Origin: Fidelibacterota bacterium
Lineage (GTDB): Bacteria > Fidelibacterota > Marinisomatia > Marinisomatales > JABMOV01
DNA: 11,570 bases
Direction: 5' to 3'
NCBI GenBank assembly: GCA_046861395.1
Contig: JBHHUC010000063.1
Location: 1-11,570, forward strand
The notes beneath the pieces were generated by a model that saw nothing but the letters and a program-made list of their open reading frames with translations, was not told the origin of the DNA and made no database searches. Position numbers and translations under genes: made by a program. Positions within the stretch are counted from its first letter, which is position 1, and every line of letters begins with the position of its first letter. Below, one piece after another: positions 8,319 through 11,570 of the stretch.

Positions 8319-8347
8319 TTGGACGTTTAACGGATTGCAGGTATCTT
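8319..8347 (+). promoter_or_regulatory. Putative sigma70 promoter for rne/rng
   Basis: TTGGAC (8319-8324), 17-nt spacer, TATCTT (8342-8347), preceded by an AT-rich UP-like tract (8301-8318). Confidence 0.5.
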
Positions 8348-8542
8348 CGCAATTGGTGGAACCCGGTTTAAGGATTATTTCACAACATTTTTTTGCTCCT
8401 TGGAGCCAGAACAAGTTTCATTCTTATACCCCTCCTTGCCCTGTTCCCCGCTTAACAGAATACCTTCATCGGCGTGCTATTGAAACTATGCGCAGCCGGT
8501 TGAATCGTGCTATTTGTCGCTACTAACAGATTTGGAATAATG

Positions 8543-10075
8543 ATGAAAAAAGAGATTTTTATCAATGAGAGCATGGGGGAATCGAGGATTGCCATTCTGG
8601 AAGATGATCACCTCGTTGAAGTGTATGTGGAGAAGCAGGACCAGCAACGCATGGTCGGAAACATTTATAAGGGAATCGTGGAAAATGTCCTCCCCGGCAT
8701 GCAGGCCGCGTTTGTGAATATCGGGTATGAAATAAATGCCTTTCTCCCCTTTTCAGAGATTCACAAAACCGATTACATCATCGACGATTTTGAAGATGAT
8801 GAAAATCACCAGAAAAAACATTCTGCTGATAACATTGCCGTCGATTTACATACGGGACAGGAAATTTACGTCCAGGTTATCAAAGAACCTTTCGCCAGTA
8901 AAGGTCCCCGAGTTACGACCGAAATTGCCATTCCCGGTCGGTTGCTGGTACTAGTCCCCGGTGGCACCTACATTGGTATTTCAAAAAAAATCTGGGATAA
9001 ATACGAACGTCGGCGTCTCCGGAAACTTGCCAGTAAACTGAGACATAAAGGGTTCGGTATCATTGTTCGCACGGTGGCAGAAGGAAAAAGTGAAGAAAGC
9101 ATTCAGAAAGATTATCAAATGTTAATTGATCACTGGAACCGGCTGGAAAAAAGTGCCGCCAAGACCGATGCCCCCGTCCTGGTATACGAGGATTTGGAAA
9201 CGGCCACCAGCGTCATTCGTGATCTTCTGACTTCCGATGTTAATAAAATCATCATCGACTCGAAGAAGACCTTTAAAAAACTAGAAACATATCTGGAAGA
9301 CGTTTCACCCAATCTCGCTAACCGGCTGGAATATTACCGACTCAAAGTTCCCCTTTTTGAAAGTATGGGTATTGAAGCCGAAATTGATAAACTCATGCGA
9401 CCCAAGGTCTGGCTGAAGAGCGGGGCCTACCTTATTATTGAGAAAACAGAAGCCATGGTCGTCGTTGATGTAAACAGCGGCCGTTTCGTCGGGAAAAAAA
9501 TGCACGAGGATAATTCACTCAAAATCAATCTGGAGGCCGCCCGGGAAATTGCCCGTCAATTGCGATTACGCGATTTGTCCGGCCTGATTGTGATTGATTT
9601 TATAGATATGCGGGAAGAAGAAAATAAACGAAAAGTTTATTATGAAATCCGGAAAGAATTGAAAAAAGACAGGGCCAAGGTCGCCGTTTCGCCCATTTCC
9701 GATTTCGGATTGCTGGAAATGACCCGACAACGGATCCGACTGAGTCTGCTGGATTCTATGATGGATGAATGTCCCACCTGTCATGGCTCAGGACATATCA
9801 TTTCCAAGGATACCCTGGTCACCCGAATTGACCATTGGTTGCGGCGCTATAAAGCTAAGCATCGGAATCTTCGTCTACGTTTATTGTTGCATCCCGAAAA
9901 CGCTGAATTCCTCCAGACTCAGAAAAAGAAAGTGCTGCGTGGCTTGATGTGGCAGAATTTTGTTCACATTAAGATTCTTGCCGATCCCAATGTTTCTCGC
10001 AGTGGGTACCGGTTTGTCCGCGCGAAGGACGGTGTAGACATTACAAAAGAACTTGATGTTGAAACGCGAAAATAA
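8543..10075 (+). CDS. rng: Rne/Rng family ribonuclease (RNase G-sized)
   Basis: S1 domain (VGNIYKG.VENVLPGMQAAFVNIG, QVIKEP...KGPRVTT), catalytic DVNSG, RQLRLRDLSGLIVIDFIDM, GLLEMTRQR, and Zn-link CPTCHGSG. There is no long RNase E scaffold tail. The start is probably ATG at 8543 (or 8540) after GGA, not GTG at 8507. Confidence 0.93.
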   Translation: MKKEIFINESMGESRIAILEDDHLVEVYVEKQDQQRMVGNIYKGIVENVLPGMQAAFVNIGYEINAFLPFSEIHKTDYIIDDFEDDENHQKKHSADNIAVDLHTGQEIYVQVIKEPFASKGPRVTTEIAIPGRLLVLVPGGTYIGISKKIWDKYERRRLRKLASKLRHKGFGIIVRTVAEGKSEESIQKDYQMLIDHWNRLEKSAAKTDAPVLVYEDLETATSVIRDLLTSDVNKIIIDSKKTFKKLETYLEDVSPNLANRLEYYRLKVPLFESMGIEAEIDKLMRPKVWLKSGAYLIIEKTEAMVVVDVNSGRFVGKKMHEDNSLKINLEAAREIARQLRLRDLSGLIVIDFIDMREEENKRKVYYEIRKELKKDRAKVAVSPISDFGLLEMTRQRIRLSLLDSMMDECPTCHGSGHIISKDTLVTRIDHWLRRYKAKHRNLRLRLLLHPENAEFLQTQKKKVLRGLMWQNFVHIKILADPNVSRSGYRFVRAKDGVDITKELDVETRK

Positions 10076-10087
10076 TACGATTAAATT
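10059..10087 (+). promoter_or_regulatory. Putative promoter of rplU-rpmA overlapping the end of rng
   Basis: TTGAAA (10059-10064), 17-nt spacer, TAAATT (10082-10087). Confidence 0.55.
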
Positions 10088-10110
10088 TATTGGCTTTATT
10101 GGAGATGAAA

Positions 10111-10482
10111 ATGCAAGCTATTGTTACTATTAACGGAAAACAATTCTCAGTTCGCGAAGGCAGCCGAGTGAAAATACCAAGTCTTACGTCGGAAGTGGGC
10201 GCCAAAGTCCAGTTTCCCGATGTGTTACTGTATGACGACGGGAAGAAAGTTTCCGTAGGTAATCCGACCGTAAATAATGTTTCGGTTGATGCAACCGTTC
10301 TGGAACACGGACGGGATCGGAAAATATTGATCTATAAGAAAAAACGTCGCAAAGGATATCAACGTAAGAACGGGCACCGCCAGGGATATACGTTAATCGA
10401 AGTAAATCGTATCATGACGAAAGCAGCCGCCAAGAAAAAACCGGCTAAGAAAACAGCGAAACCTGCAGCAGAGGAAAAATAA
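10111..10482 (+). CDS. rplU: 50S ribosomal protein L21 with a short Lys/Ala-rich C-terminal tail
   Basis: [20 protein letters not shown] and [26 protein letters not shown] at 10101-10104 supports ATG at 10111. Confidence 0.97.
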   Translation: MQAIVTINGKQFSVREGSRVKIPSLTSEVGAKVQFPDVLLYDDGKKVSVGNPTVNNVSVDATVLEHGRDRKILIYKKKRRKGYQRKNGHRQGYTLIEVNRIMTKAAAKKKPAKKTAKPAAEEK

Positions 10483-10484
10483 TT

Positions 10485-10736
10485 ATGGCACATAAAAAAG
10501 GACAAGGAAGCTCCAGAAACGGTCGCGACTCCCATGCCAAACGACTGGGTGTCAAGGTTTCCGACGGTCAACCCATCCTGGCGGGCGGCATCATTATCAA
10601 ACAGCGGGGAACCAAATTCCATCCAGGCGAAAATGTCCGGCGGGCCGGTGACGATTCCCTGTTTGCAACAGCCGACGGAAAAGTCAAGTTTCAGACCAAG
10701 GGGAATAATCGCAAATTTGTCAGCGTTATTTCCTGA
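10485..10736 (+). CDS. rpmA: 50S ribosomal protein L27
   Basis: [24 protein letters not shown] and [15 protein letters not shown]. Directly follows rplU, the usual gene order. Confidence 0.99.
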   Translation: MAHKKGQGSSRNGRDSHAKRLGVKVSDGQPILAGGIIIKQRGTKFHPGENVRRAGDDSLFATADGKVKFQTKGNNRKFVSVIS

Positions 10737-10762
10737 TCGAATCCTGAAAATTCCCGATTTTG

Positions 10763-10796
10763 AAAACCCCACCTTAGCGTGGGGTTTTGTATTTTT
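10763..10796 (+). terminator. Rho-independent terminator after rpmA
   Basis: AAAACCCCAC-CTTAGC-GTGGGGTTTT (10763-10788) followed by GTATTTTT. Confidence 0.85.
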
Positions 10797-10810
10797 AGGG
10801 GAATTCATAA

Positions 10811-11570
<760 letters not shown>

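Noticed and set aside
8196..8526. ORFs 8196-8414 (-) and 8314-8526 (+) in the divergent intergenic region
   Set aside because: No recognisable similarity or clear RBS, and they overlap the predicted promoters and the riboswitch. The region is better explained as regulatory, although a small peptide cannot be fully excluded.
10414..10482. Lys/Ala-rich tail on L21 as a novel domain
   Set aside because: Short low-complexity basic tails are common on L21 in many lineages.

Overview
Bacterial chromosomal region with two divergent gene blocks. The minus strand, read right to left, carries metH (B12-dependent methionine synthase), a TPMT-like SAM methyltransferase, a CysQ-like inositol monophosphatase-family phosphatase, thyX, radC, a CitD-like/CitE citrate-lyase fusion, and the 5' end of a GxxExxY-family gene. 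The plus strand carries an Rne/Rng ribonuclease, rplU, rpmA and the 5' part of mdh. The GxxExxY gene and mdh are both missing from the ORF track. The strongest non-coding signal is a regulatory unit in front of metH: a sigma70-like promoter, a SAM-II (SAM_alpha-type) riboswitch aptamer, and mutually exclusive terminator and antiterminator hairpins. This suggests a SAM-II switch acting on transcription termination. The second signal is an AT-rich GxxExxY nuclease-fold gene preceded by an imperfect inverted repeat built from three ~10-nt CGC-centred units per arm, possibly a small mobile or repeat-associated element. Also seen are a ~190-nt putative structured rne/rng leader and several internal promoters. 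All calls come from manual reading; no searches or folding programs were run.
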